From NCBI GenBank assembly GCA_964527775.1, contig CAZGQS010000002.1, forward strand, positions 105,701 through 169,700: a stretch of 64,000 bases of DNA, written 5' to 3'. Shown in pieces: positions 35,062 through 45,805 of the stretch. The notes under the pieces are model-generated. The model had not been told where the DNA came from. It saw only the letters and a program-made list of their open reading frames with translations, and searched no databases. Origin of the DNA: an uncultured Rhizobium sp. GTDB lineage: Bacteria; Bacteroidota; Bacteroidia; NS11-12g; UBA955. Position numbers and translations under genes: made by a program. Each line of letters begins with the position of its first letter. Within the stretch, counting starts at the first letter, position 1.

Positions 35062-36971
35062 GATTATTAGTCATTACTTTGATTTGTGGTTTTGGAGGAT
35101 GTTTTCATGGTTTCCAAAGATTGGAGGCGCAAGTTCTTCCCCCGAAAAAAACACTGGACATGAAAACCGCATCATTCGCAACAGGCGACGGATGGAAAAT
35201 GCTTTATGAAAAAGCGAAAGATTGCAGAGTGGTCATGAGCGGTGAAAATCACTCCGAAGTAGAAGCGAATGCATTGATGGAATACTCTTTCATGCGTGCT
35301 TTGTACGAAAACTGTGGTTACCGTGATTATATCATTGAGTTGAGTCCTGCAAGAGCCTATTATTTGCAGAGGTACATCTGCAATGATGATGTTTACGCTT
35401 TGCAAGCTCTGCAAGGAATCTCATCTCCTGCCTACATGAAATTGTTCTACTCATTGCACGATTGGAACATGAAGTTACCTGTTGAGGATAGAATTCGTGT
35501 GCATGGAATAGATGTGGAGCGCTTTACGGATTTATCTGCTTTGAGGATGAGTGATTTTCTACAAAGAATGGAAACCAAGTACGGATTGCCGTTGGAGTTA
35601 GCGACAAAATTGTATGCATTTCGAAATATTGTGACTAGAAACTTCACCAACAGTCTTCAGGAATATCAAAAAGAAGTGTTGGTTGATACCATTGGCACCA
35701 TCGAAAAAGATGAAGAGTCGGGTGGCAATTTTAGCGCAGGTACTACAGATGTTTCTACTTTAATCACAGATGATTCAATTTTTGGCGATCTGAATAAATA
35801 TAGGGCTTGGCTAAAAGATGATTATTCGGAATTTTTAGAGATCAAAGAGGGTCTAGATGAAGTCATTAAATGGAATGATTTGAGGAGAACGGCTCAACAA
35901 TCGCACTGGCGTGAAGGTAAGATGTATTCACGCATGAAAGCATTGCTTGAAAAATACCCTCAGTCTAAGTTCTTTGGGCAATTTGGGCGTTGCCATATCT
36001 CCAACTCACAAAGCGATGTTGATTGTGGTTGGTACAATTTCAACAGCGTCATGAATCGTTTGAAAATGCAAGATTCAACCTTGAAAACAGTGAGTATGGG
36101 TATTTTTTATTGGGACAGAAGTGAGCAATTATATGGCGAAGGTGCGGAAGATGAAATACGCAAAATGAAATTGGCTTTCACTCCCGGAATAGTGATTTAT
36201 GACCTCCACGACAAAGAAAGTCAACTTAAAGTTTTAAACACCAAGTATGATTTTGCAGTGGTAAACTTTGAGCGCAATTCGAAGCTTCAGAAAGACTTGA
36301 ACGAAGAATTAGAATCAGCCAACGAAGTCGAAAAATTAACCCAGTCAGAGTGGGGTGTAAACATAGGGTTAACTGGTTGGGGGCTTTTGAACATGCAAAT
36401 GGATCAAGTTTCTGGGTGGTTCAATCAGGATGGACGAAGCTTCAATACAAAACCTAGACAATTTTTTTACCATGTAATCATGGCAACAAATGGTTTTTGG
36501 AAGATAGGTTTGGCAGGTAATTATACCTTAACCGAACAGGGAAGAAATGGCCGAATAAATCAGAACAGTGATTCCTTTGCATCCTTCTATTACAATAATT
36601 GGAATCTCTTGATACAAGGTGGTTTTGAGAAGAAGTTTGGCCGATTTTCGATTGATTTGGTCGGATTTGCCGGTTATAATGAAAATCGACTAAAAATGGA
36701 ATCTCAATCAAAGAGTATTCTATTGTTAAACAATGAATTGAAGGATGCAATTGTGGTTGATCCTGGCATGCTAGTTGGTGGTGCTGTCGGATTTAATTTC
36801 TACGTTGACAATATGACCAGTTTGGGAATTAGGGCCCAGTACCAGAGCGACATATCTCAAACCAATTGGTACTATCAAGGCACTAAAATTCCGTTTGATC
36901 AAACCAAAACGGCCAATAGATGGGATGCATGGGGAGTTTCTATCAATTACGTTCAGCATATTTTTGACTAA
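35058..36971 (+). CDS. Hypothetical secreted protein: possible ChaN/TraB/Tiki/erythromycin-esterase-like N-domain plus a C-terminal beta-barrel-like module
   Basis: ATG 35058 overlaps the upstream stop (ATGA). Signal MRLLVITLICGFGGCFHG. It carries VVMSGENHSEVE, RVHGIDVE and FGQFGRCHIS (GxxH-type motifs). The C-terminus LGIRAQYQSDISQTNW...RWDAWGVSINY parallels IRGLAGYQFDFSDTRF...RGWFYRVSAGI of the previous protein. Confidence 0.6.
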   Translation: MRLLVITLICGFGGCFHGFQRLEAQVLPPKKTLDMKTASFATGDGWKMLYEKAKDCRVVMSGENHSEVEANALMEYSFMRALYENCGYRDYIIELSPARAYYLQRYICNDDVYALQALQGISSPAYMKLFYSLHDWNMKLPVEDRIRVHGIDVERFTDLSALRMSDFLQRMETKYGLPLELATKLYAFRNIVTRNFTNSLQEYQKEVLVDTIGTIEKDEESGGNFSAGTTDVSTLITDDSIFGDLNKYRAWLKDDYSEFLEIKEGLDEVIKWNDLRRTAQQSHWREGKMYSRMKALLEKYPQSKFFGQFGRCHISNSQSDVDCGWYNFNSVMNRLKMQDSTLKTVSMGIFYWDRSEQLYGEGAEDEIRKMKLAFTPGIVIYDLHDKESQLKVLNTKYDFAVVNFERNSKLQKDLNEELESANEVEKLTQSEWGVNIGLTGWGLLNMQMDQVSGWFNQDGRSFNTKPRQFFYHVIMATNGFWKIGLAGNYTLTEQGRNGRINQNSDSFASFYYNNWNLLIQGGFEKKFGRFSIDLVGFAGYNENRLKMESQSKSILLLNNELKDAIVVDPGMLVGGAVGFNFYVDNMTSLGIRAQYQSDISQTNWYYQGTKIPFDQTKTANRWDAWGVSINYVQHIFD

Positions 36972-36976
36972 TTTTG
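36969..36976 (+). promoter_or_regulatory. -7 box TAATTTTG, 4 nt before the pssA ATG (leaderless candidate); its TAA is the stop of the upstream gene
   Basis: TAATTTTG-CAGT-ATG(36981). Confidence 0.55.
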
Positions 36977-36980
36977 CAGT

Positions 36981-37709
36981 ATGAAGCAGTCTATCCCTAA
37001 CCTCATCACCTTAGGCAATTTAGCCTGCGGATTGTTGGCCATCACATTTATAATGCAAGGTCAACCCTTGATTGCCTTTATTTTGATGGTCGTTGCCTCT
37101 ATTTTAGACTTTTTCGACGGAATGGCAGCTCGCGCCTTAGGAGTAGATGGTGAATTGGGAAAACAACTCGATAGCCTAGCTGACGTTGTATCTTTTGGCG
37201 TTGTACCCGGTTTGATTTGGAGACATTTCATGATGATGCGCGGTGTTTGTCCGCCTTCAGGCTTTTGCATCAATTCTTATGTTTGGATGTTGATTCCATT
37301 AGCGGCAGCATATCGTTTGGCCGTATTTAATGTGAGTGAGAATCAAAAAACCAATTTCATGGGAATACCCACTCCGCTTTCTGGTTTGGTTTTGGGTTCA
37401 TGGGCTTTGTTCAATCATTCTTTGGGAGGTGTTGTTGCCATTAGGTTTGGGTTTATAGAATTGGATTGGTTGAATCACTTTTACGTTTGGTTATATATGC
37501 CATTGATCGCAGGTTACATGATGGTGAGTGATTACCCCATGTTATCTTTAAAATTCAATAAAACAGACGGATTGAATCTTTTCCGATACCTATTATTGGG
37601 CTTGGGAGTTGTACTTGCCGTTGTATTTGGAAACTATGGATTTGCCTTGTTCTATTTTGCCTATATAGGAATCTCTTTTTTGGGCTTTAAATTACATCCA
37701 ACAGAATAA
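36981..37709 (+). CDS. pssA: CDP-diacylglycerol--serine O-phosphatidyltransferase
   Basis: CDP-alcohol phosphatidyltransferase motif [31 protein letters not shown]. The protein is polytopic. Confidence 0.85.
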   Translation: MKQSIPNLITLGNLACGLLAITFIMQGQPLIAFILMVVASILDFFDGMAARALGVDGELGKQLDSLADVVSFGVVPGLIWRHFMMMRGVCPPSGFCINSYVWMLIPLAAAYRLAVFNVSENQKTNFMGIPTPLSGLVLGSWALFNHSLGGVVAIRFGFIELDWLNHFYVWLYMPLIAGYMMVSDYPMLSLKFNKTDGLNLFRYLLLGLGVVLAVVFGNYGFALFYFAYIGISFLGFKLHPTE

Positions 37710-37713
37710 AAAA

Positions 37714-38229
37714 ATGATAAGAGTAGGAATAATCATGGGTTCTGATAGTGATCTTCCGGTAATGAAGGAAGCAACCACTATTTTAAATCAAATGGGAGTT
37801 GAAACCGAAACCACCATTGTTTCAGCGCACAGAACACCCGAACGTTTGTTTGAATATGCTGAGCATGCGGCAGATCGCGGCATTTGTGTAATCATAGCTG
37901 GAGCTGGTGGTGCTGCACACTTACCTGGTATGGTTGCTTCTATGACCCATTTGCCAGTTATTGGTGTTCCAGTTCAATCAAAAACCATGAGCGGTATTGA
38001 CAGCTTATATTCCATTGTTCAGATGCCTCCTGGTGTTCCTGTGGCAACGGTTGCCATCAATGGCGCTAGAAACGCCGGTATACTAGCTGCCCAAATTTTA
38101 GGTATCTACGACGAAGAAATTGCTGATAAGGTGATTTCTTTCAAGAAGGACATGGAATCTGAGGTGCTTGAAAAGGCCAAGCGATTGGAAGATTTGGGTC
38201 CTGAAAAGTACTTAAATTCACATTCATGA
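37714..38229 (+). CDS. purE: 5-(carboxyamino)imidazole ribonucleotide mutase
   Basis: [38 protein letters not shown] and VIGVPV. Confidence 0.95.
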   Translation: MIRVGIIMGSDSDLPVMKEATTILNQMGVETETTIVSAHRTPERLFEYAEHAADRGICVIIAGAGGAAHLPGMVASMTHLPVIGVPVQSKTMSGIDSLYSIVQMPPGVPVATVAINGARNAGILAAQILGIYDEEIADKVISFKKDMESEVLEKAKRLEDLGPEKYLNSHS

Positions 38230-38798
38230 TCATTGTTGGCGAAGCCCTACTTTCAGAAGACATTCTAGATAAACAATTTGTTTGTCAATTAGACCAGTGC
38301 AAGGGGGCTTGTTGTATTGAAGGGGACGCTGGAGCGCCGCTGCTTCACTCAGAACTTGAAACCATAGAACAGGTACTTCCCACTGTAAAAAAATACATGC
38401 GAACAGACGCATTAGAATACTTGGCAGAAAAAGGATTTCACACTCGTGACCCTGACGGCGAATTGGTTACAGAGTGTCAAAAGTCGGGCGAATGTGTTTT
38501 TGTGCAATACGATGACAAGGGCATTGCCAAATGCAGTTTTGAGATGGCCTATGAAGCGGGTGAAACTGATTTCAAGAAACCCATCAGTTGTCATTTGTAC
38601 CCAATTAGGGCAAAGCGTTACGGAAATTACACGGCTTTAAATTACCACAAGTGGGACATTTGCAACCCTGCATGTAAAGCGGGATCAGAGTTAAACGTGC
38701 GGGTATTTGAATTTTTAAAGGAGCCTTTAATTCGCAAGATGGGTGCTGAATGGTACCAAGAATTGGAGGAGGTTAGTAAGGCGTGGGATGGTAAATAG
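38226..38798 (+). CDS. DUF3109 family Cys-rich protein
   Basis: [22 protein letters not shown]...CHLYPIR...CNPAC is the pattern I associate with DUF3109. It overlaps the purE stop by 4 nt. Confidence 0.7.
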   Translation: MIIVGEALLSEDILDKQFVCQLDQCKGACCIEGDAGAPLLHSELETIEQVLPTVKKYMRTDALEYLAEKGFHTRDPDGELVTECQKSGECVFVQYDDKGIAKCSFEMAYEAGETDFKKPISCHLYPIRAKRYGNYTALNYHKWDICNPACKAGSELNVRVFEFLKEPLIRKMGAEWYQELEEVSKAWDGK

Positions 38799-38803
38799 GT
38801 TGT

Positions 38804-38901
38804 CGGTGATCGGTGATCGGTGATCAGCCGTCAGCCGTCAGCTCTCAGCTTTCGGCTTTCAGCTATCAGCGGACAGCCGTCAGCCATCAGCTTTCAGCAG
38901 C
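38804..38901. repeat. Heptanucleotide tandem array: (CGGTGAT)x3 followed by 11 CAGCYNT-type units
   Basis: 14 consecutive 7-nt units in one phase: CGGTGAT x3, CAGCCGT x2, CAGCTCT, CAGCTTT, CGGCTTT, CAGCTAT, CAGCGGA, CAGCCGT, CAGCCAT, CAGCTTT, CAGCAGC. Confidence 0.95.
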
Positions 38902-38940
38902 GCCGAGGGCGCCAAGCAACAGCGAAGCTGTTCAGCTCCC

Positions 38941-39003
38941 GACCAAGGACCAAAGACCAAGGACCAAGGACCAAGGACCAAAGACCAAAGACCAAAGACC
39001 AAG
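38941..39003. repeat. Heptanucleotide tandem array (GACCAAR)x9
   Basis: Units in order: GACCAAG, GACCAAA, GACCAAG x3, GACCAAA x3, GACCAAG. The array ends 3 nt before the stop codon of the UbiA-family gene. Confidence 0.95.
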
Positions 39004-39006
39004 TAA

Positions 39007-39864
39007 TTAACTGATTAAACTCGCAAGAAGGCCAATAAACATGGAGTATTTGAGCCAATTTGAAATGTGGCTGTAATGCGGTTTTTCAAGAGCCGCGTAG
39101 ATTTTATAGAGTAGGTATAAATGTAAGGGTGTGAGTACCGCAAAGAGGAATATCCAATATTCTAGTTGATTGCCTGTGGCTCCAATCAAGATGAGGAGGG
39201 CTAAGCTACAGAGAATGAAGATGGATGCAAGTATTTTGGTTTTGGTGGGCCCGCTGCTGATGGCGAAGGTTTCGTAGCCATGTTCCTTATCGCCGGCGTA
39301 GTCTTCGAGGTCTTTGATGAGTTCGCGGGCAAAGGTTATGAAGAAGGCTATGCTTGAGAATTCGGCGAAATAGGCCTTGTTTACCAAGAAAACACCTCTA
39401 GAGGCAATGTAAACCACCATTCCTGCCATCAATGAAATGAGGAGGTTTCCCATGAGGAATTCCGATTTAAAGTCGCTGGAATAAAAATAGAGAAGAATGG
39501 CTATGACGGTTGACAAAATGCCCATTCCAAGTCCGGTAATGAAGCCCATGCTGATTCCGGTAAATGTGAGAATCAGATAATACATTTTCATGGATTTTAC
39601 GGATGTGCTTTCAACGGCGATGCGCTTTCCAGGCCTATTGATTTTGTCAGTTTCTACATCGAAGATGTCATTGATTACATATCCCCCGGCGGCAACAAGA
39701 ACGCAGGCCAAAGTGGCGGTGATGCTTTCGGGGAAGCGGAGATTTGAAAAGTCAATGAAACTCAGTCCGGGATTGATGCGAGAGGCCGACAAATAGAAAA
39801 GCCACTGAGTGAGGATAGTCAGCAGGAGGTTGATGGGGCGAATGATTCTCAAATAATGAATCAT
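39007..39864 (-). CDS. UbiA family prenyltransferase
   Basis: NDIFDVETDKINRP (NDxxDxxxD), a second Asp-rich region KDLEDYAGDKEHG, and about 8 TM helices. Confidence 0.85.
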   Translation of the reverse strand: MIHYLRIIRPINLLLTILTQWLFYLSASRINPGLSFIDFSNLRFPESITATLACVLVAAGGYVINDIFDVETDKINRPGKRIAVESTSVKSMKMYYLILTFTGISMGFITGLGMGILSTVIAILLYFYSSDFKSEFLMGNLLISLMAGMVVYIASRGVFLVNKAYFAEFSSIAFFITFARELIKDLEDYAGDKEHGYETFAISSGPTKTKILASIFILCSLALLILIGATGNQLEYWIFLFAVLTPLHLYLLYKIYAALEKPHYSHISNWLKYSMFIGLLASLIS

Positions 39865-39873
39865 TGGCGCAAT

Positions 39874-40425
39874 TTAGCGTTTATAAAATTTCATTTTGTA
39901 ATCTGCGCGAGTAATTCCTCGTGCGATACCGTCCATTTTTCGCTTAAGCATGGATCTTTTTAGTGGACTGATACGATCAGTGAACAAAACACCTTCAATA
40001 TGATCATATTCATGTTGGATGATTCTAGCGGCCATTCCATCAAATGACTTGGTATGTTCTTGAAAATTTGCATCCCAATAATGAATTTTGAGTTCGCCTT
40101 TACGCTTAACGTTGGCGCGGACATCAGGTATGCTTAAACAGCCTTCTTCAAATTCCCATTCGGTTCCAAATTCTTCTAGAATGGTGGGGTTGATGAATAC
40201 TTCTTTGAAACCTTCGGGTTGAATATCTTCAATCTCAGAGCCGTCAACAATAAACAATCTGATAGATTTTCCAATTTGTGGAGCTGCCAAACCAATGCCG
40301 TTGGAGTCATACATGGTATCGAACATGTCTGAAATCAATTTGGTTAGGTCTGGGTCGTTAAAATCAATTTCTTCGGCCTTTTTTCTTAAAACAGGTTGTC
40401 CGTAGGCATAAATTGGAAGTATCAT
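39874..40425 (-). CDS. def: Peptide deformylase
   Basis: GIGLAAPQIG, EGCLSIP and QHEYDHIEG are the three PDF motifs. Confidence 0.95.
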   Translation of the reverse strand: MILPIYAYGQPVLRKKAEEIDFNDPDLTKLISDMFDTMYDSNGIGLAAPQIGKSIRLFIVDGSEIEDIQPEGFKEVFINPTILEEFGTEWEFEEGCLSIPDVRANVKRKGELKIHYWDANFQEHTKSFDGMAARIIQHEYDHIEGVLFTDRISPLKRSMLKRKMDGIARGITRADYKMKFYKR

Positions 40426-40823
40426 GATATTCTTTGGAGGTGAGTTTGTAAAATGATGGTTGCTGAAACGGTGTCTATGAGTCCTTTGTCTCTTCGGTCT
40501 TTTTTGGATTTACCCATGGCAATGATTTGGTTTTGAGCTTCGTGGCTGCTGAAACGTTCATCAATGGTTTCAATTTTCAAGTGTGGGTAATTTTCTTTCA
40601 GCCATTGTAAGAAGTCGCGTACCGATTGAGTGGAATGTGTGTCTTCGCCCGTGAGTCTGATGGGCATACCCACAACTACACAATCAACGGGTTCTTGTAG
40701 AAGATAATCTTTAAACCAGATGGGGAAATCAGCGGTTCTTATGGTTGTGAGGGGTTGAGCAAAGAGGTTTAGCGGATCAGTAATGGCTATTCCTGTTCTT
40801 TTTAACCCGAAGTCTATTCCCAT
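40422..40823 (-). CDS. ruvX: Putative pre-16S rRNA nuclease / Holliday junction resolvase-like YqgF
   Basis: MGIDFGLKRTGIAITD and ...DERFSSHEA. ATG 40823 is preferred. The ORF-track GTG at 40835 lies only 4 nt after the -7 box. Confidence 0.85.
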   Translation of the reverse strand: MGIDFGLKRTGIAITDPLNLFAQPLTTIRTADFPIWFKDYLLQEPVDCVVVGMPIRLTGEDTHSTQSVRDFLQWLKENYPHLKIETIDERFSSHEAQNQIIAMGKSKKDRRDKGLIDTVSATIILQTHLQRIS

Positions 40824-40839
40824 GGTTCTTGGCACTGTG

Positions 40840-40847
40840 CAAAGATA
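40840..40847 (-). promoter_or_regulatory. -7 box TATCTTTG for ruvX-def
   Basis: Minus strand reads TATCTTTG, then 16 nt, then ATG(40823). Confidence 0.5.
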
Positions 40848-40863
40848 GGTTCAATTTATGGTT

Positions 40864-40899
40864 AAACGAAAAGAGGCCGCCCTTTTAAGGCAGCCTCTT
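40864..40899 (-). terminator. Rho-independent terminator after groEL
   Basis: Stem AAGAGGC (40871-40877) pairs with GCCTCTT (40893-40899), plus 3 inner GC pairs. On the minus strand TTCGTTT follows. Confidence 0.75.
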
Positions 40900-40921
40900 G
40901 GAATTGTTTGATTTCAGATGA

Positions 40922-42568
<1,647 letters not shown>

Positions 42569-42581
42569 TTACTTTTTTTGA

Positions 42582-42857
42582 TTAGATGATTGCCAAAATG
42601 TCTGTTTCTCTCATGATGAGGTAATCGTTTCCTTCAACACTGATTTCAGTACCCGCATATTTACCGTACAATACAGTGTCGCCAACTTTAACAGTCATGG
42701 GCTCATCGGGTTTGCCTGATCCTACAGCAATTACTTTACCTCTTTGTGGCTTTTCTTTTGCAGTGTCTGGAATAATGATACCTGACGCAGTAGTTTGCTC
42801 AGCGGCAACCGGTTCTATCAGAACGCGATCTGCCAAAGGTTTAATGTTAACTGACAT
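42582..42857 (-). CDS. groS: Co-chaperonin GroES
   Basis: [42 protein letters not shown]. 91 aa, located upstream of groEL. Confidence 0.97.
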   Translation of the reverse strand: MSVNIKPLADRVLIEPVAAEQTTASGIIIPDTAKEKPQRGKVIAVGSGKPDEPMTVKVGDTVLYGKYAGTEISVEGNDYLIMRETDILAII

Positions 42858-42910
42858 ATTAGTTTTTACGTTTTGTTCTATGCCCCAGAATTATCTAATT
42901 CTATGCCAAT

Positions 42911-42933
42911 TGCTAAAATCGGAAATTTTAGCA
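42911..42933. promoter_or_regulatory. Perfect inverted repeat TGCTAAAAT-N5-ATTTTAGCA between the waaA stop and the groES start
   Basis: 9-bp arms at 42911-42919 and 42925-42933. It lies 54 nt upstream of the groES ATG and 11 nt downstream of the waaA stop. No U-run follows on the transcribed strand. Confidence 0.4.
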
Positions 42934-42943
42934 GTTTGACTTG

Positions 42944-44221
42944 TCAGTTTGTCAGTATGTGAGCAGTTATTTCATTTTTTACCTGACTATTTGCCGGAAT
43001 GTTTTTATTGAAATATTCATTCACTTGAGGCCTTAACTCGTGAAAATCACTTCTAGTCATCGTGCCTTGTAGTTTTTTAGCAAGTTCATTTATGGAGCTT
43101 GCTTGCAATGCCACACCCTCATTAACAGATTGTTGTGCCTCTGGGAACTTCTCAGTTTTAGGTCCAAATAAAACAAAACAACCTGCTGCTTGTGCCTCAA
43201 TGATGTTGTGAAGTCCCGCGCCAAATGCTCCTCCAATGAGGGCCAAATCACAGCAATGATATACCCTTGATAGCCAGCCCATGGAATCTAAAATGCCAAT
43301 TTCAATTTTCTCTTTTCGGGGGACATTGACCGCCGAAGCGTCTGTGATTTCCGAAAATCTGAATATATGTTTGTCAGTGCCAGAGAGCGTTGTGATGATA
43401 TTTTGGATGCGCGTTTCGCTCAAATCATGGGGTGCAACTATGTATCTAAAGGACTCGGGATGTTCTAATTTTGACAGCGTTTCCTTTAGAACTTGCACTT
43501 CTTCATCCCAACAAGATCCAAGAATAAGCACATCGGAGTTTTGGCAGAATTGCCATATTGCGGAAGGAATTTCTTGAACAGAATTTCGAAGTTGAGCAGC
43601 CCTCAAATAACGGGCATCGCCTAAGATTTCAGTGTTAGTTTTTGGTGAAATCCACTGTTCCAGTAGTTGCACTGTTTCCAAATTTTGTGCGTAGAATTTT
43701 TTGCAATTTTTAAGTTCTGAGCGCCATTCATGTCCCCAGAAAGAACCTAAAAAATGATTTTTTCTCAGAAGAATGTTCCAGTAAAAGAACGGAATATTTC
43801 TTTTATTTAATGCCCGAATGTGATTGATCCAAAATTCGTATTTAATAAAAATAACCGCCTTAGGATTCAATTGGTCTAGCCACTGATTGGCCTTATTTGT
43901 ACTGTCGTTTTGGATGTAATATTTGGAACAATTCTGTGGAATTTTGGCGTTTTCAAACCCCGATGGCGAGAAAAAAGTGATACAACAATGGTATTCCTGA
44001 TTCATGGTCTGTATCAATGGAAGGGCCATTTCGTATTCGCCGAGAGAAGCGGCGTGAAACCAAATTCTGGGCTGGGTGGAATCTAAATTTTGAATGTCAA
44101 TCAAGCTGGATTTTCGTCCCCTAAACATTCTAGCAAATTTGGTTTTCGGGAATACCAAAGAGGCCAAATTGATAGCGGCATCAATCATCTGCGCGAGGAT
44201 ATTGTAAATCCACCGAATCAT
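42944..44221 (-). CDS. waaA: 3-deoxy-D-manno-octulosonic acid (Kdo) transferase
   Basis: WFHAASLGEYEMALPLI and the GT30 C-terminal GGAFGAGLHNIIE. Confidence 0.88.
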   Translation of the reverse strand: MIRWIYNILAQMIDAAINLASLVFPKTKFARMFRGRKSSLIDIQNLDSTQPRIWFHAASLGEYEMALPLIQTMNQEYHCCITFFSPSGFENAKIPQNCSKYYIQNDSTNKANQWLDQLNPKAVIFIKYEFWINHIRALNKRNIPFFYWNILLRKNHFLGSFWGHEWRSELKNCKKFYAQNLETVQLLEQWISPKTNTEILGDARYLRAAQLRNSVQEIPSAIWQFCQNSDVLILGSCWDEEVQVLKETLSKLEHPESFRYIVAPHDLSETRIQNIITTLSGTDKHIFRFSEITDASAVNVPRKEKIEIGILDSMGWLSRVYHCCDLALIGGAFGAGLHNIIEAQAAGCFVLFGPKTEKFPEAQQSVNEGVALQASSINELAKKLQGTMTRSDFHELRPQVNEYFNKNIPANSQVKNEITAHILTN

Positions 44222-45016
44222 TTAATCTATGTAGTATTCTTCCGATGCAGAAGTTTGCCCCAGTTTTATAGGAATGATGACGCCAATAAAGGCTCCAATG
44301 CCTAGATCAAAGTAGCCTTGGTTTTGAGGACTTCGGGTGGTGAAGTCATATGCACGTTGATGCTTTGTGAAGCCCTGTAGGAATTCAAATCCCGCAGTAA
44401 GCGAAACCAATGAATTGTTCAAATACTGAAATCTGATTTGCTCAAAAATTTGAGTACCAGCCGTGAGCCTGTCGTATCCCCCTAAATATTCCTCTTCCAA
44501 TTGAGGAACCATGTCTAGATCGAAGTTGAATTTGGTGTAATGCCTCGTGTATCCAACGCCTCCGCCCAACTGCAATGACCAACGAGCTTCTTTTGCGGCA
44601 TTGTAATTTAAAGGAATGATTTTTAGTGCGTAGGCTCTTGATGACCAACCTCTCATGTAATATCTGATTACTGCGGGATAGCCGTTATTGTCTCTGAGTG
44701 AGCCGTCGGCATCTGTCATATCAGGAAACATCCCGGCTGAGTTTACTTGCGAACCGAGATAAAAACTAAAATCTGCCCCAAGGGTATACTTGTTTTTGTG
44801 GTAATATTCCAATCTGAGCGGCAAAGCGGTGTAAGCAGGATATCTGTCGGCCCAGTCACCAGTATTCACGCTGTATGTTGCTGCCACATGCATGAGAATC
44901 CAGCTTTTTTCTTCATCCTTCTTACGCGTAGAATCAGCAGTTGAAGTAAAATCCTTTTGGGCCTTCAAATTAATGAAGCTTGACACAATCAGAATAAAAA
45001 GCCACCCATTTTTCAT
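44222..45016 (-). CDS. Hypothetical outer-membrane (beta-barrel-like) protein
   Basis: Signal MKNGWLFILIVSSFINLKAQ and barrel-like composition. Its stop abuts the waaA start with a 0-nt gap. Confidence 0.6.
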   Translation of the reverse strand: MKNGWLFILIVSSFINLKAQKDFTSTADSTRKKDEEKSWILMHVAATYSVNTGDWADRYPAYTALPLRLEYYHKNKYTLGADFSFYLGSQVNSAGMFPDMTDADGSLRDNNGYPAVIRYYMRGWSSRAYALKIIPLNYNAAKEARWSLQLGGGVGYTRHYTKFNFDLDMVPQLEEEYLGGYDRLTAGTQIFEQIRFQYLNNSLVSLTAGFEFLQGFTKHQRAYDFTTRSPQNQGYFDLGIGAFIGVIIPIKLGQTSASEEYYID

Positions 45017-45027
45017 GAAAGGCGAAG

Positions 45028-45792
45028 TTAATCAATAATTTCTTTTACTACCTTCAGAAATTCTTCGGGATTGTCAGCATGCACCCAATGCCCAGCCTTG
45101 CTGATGGTATGGTATGTTGAATGGGGGAAATGCTCTTCTATGAAAGGTTTGTCAGTTTCTTTGAGGTACCCGCTTTTTTCTCCCAAAATGAAATGGGTTT
45201 CTTTGTCGAAAACATTTTGAAAATTCAGTCCGCCAATGATTTCATAATAATGATTTTCAATGGCTTCAATATTGATTTTTAGCTGGTACCCTCCTTCAGG
45301 GTTAGCTTCCAGATTTTTCAATAAAAATTGCCTCACTCCCATAATAGGTGCATACGGTAGGAATGCATCGTCGGCCTCTTTTCGAGATTGGATTTTGCTA
45401 AAGTCGATGCTCTTAAATGCTTGAATGTATTCAAGATGTCCGGCGTGATAGGCTTTGGGAGCAATGTCAACCACCAACAGTTTTTTTACTTTTTGGGGAT
45501 GTTGATCTGCGAAAAGCATGGCAGTTTTTCCACCCATTGAGTGGGCCAATATGTAGGTCTCATCAATGTTGAATTGAATCATCAGCTGGTTCAAATCGTT
45601 GGCCATTGCTTGATAAGAGCAATCAGCATCATGAAATGATTTGCCGTGATTACGGGCATCGTACGTTATAACCTTGTATTTTTCTGACAAGGCTTTAGCG
45701 GTTAAATGCCAATTATCGAGCATGCCAAATACCCCGTGTAAAATGATCACGGTTTCATGATGCTGTTCGCCGTATACTTTTGAGTTAAGCAT
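45028..45792 (-). CDS. Alpha/beta hydrolase
   Basis: ILHGVFG (oxyanion), the nucleophile elbow AHSMGG, and the C-terminal GHWVHADNP (His). Confidence 0.85.
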   Translation of the reverse strand: MLNSKVYGEQHHETVIILHGVFGMLDNWHLTAKALSEKYKVITYDARNHGKSFHDADCSYQAMANDLNQLMIQFNIDETYILAHSMGGKTAMLFADQHPQKVKKLLVVDIAPKAYHAGHLEYIQAFKSIDFSKIQSRKEADDAFLPYAPIMGVRQFLLKNLEANPEGGYQLKINIEAIENHYYEIIGGLNFQNVFDKETHFILGEKSGYLKETDKPFIEEHFPHSTYHTISKAGHWVHADNPEEFLKVVKEIID

Positions 45793-45805
45793 TTGTCTTG
45801 TTTAA

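Noticed and set aside
38813-39014. Two overlapping plus-strand ORFs (65 and 64 aa) with repetitive peptides (SAVSSQLSAF..., KDQRPRTKDQGPKTKDQ).
   Set aside because: They lie entirely inside the heptamer arrays. A period-7 repeat without stop-forming units is open in several frames and gives 21-nt peptide periodicity automatically. There is no promoter box or plausible start context.
42911-42933. Possible CIRCE (HrcA) operator upstream of groES.
   Set aside because: It is rejected as a canonical CIRCE. The arm order (TGCTAA...TTAGCA) and the 5-nt spacer do not fit TTAGCACTC-N9-GAGTGCTAA. It is kept only as an unexplained inverted repeat.
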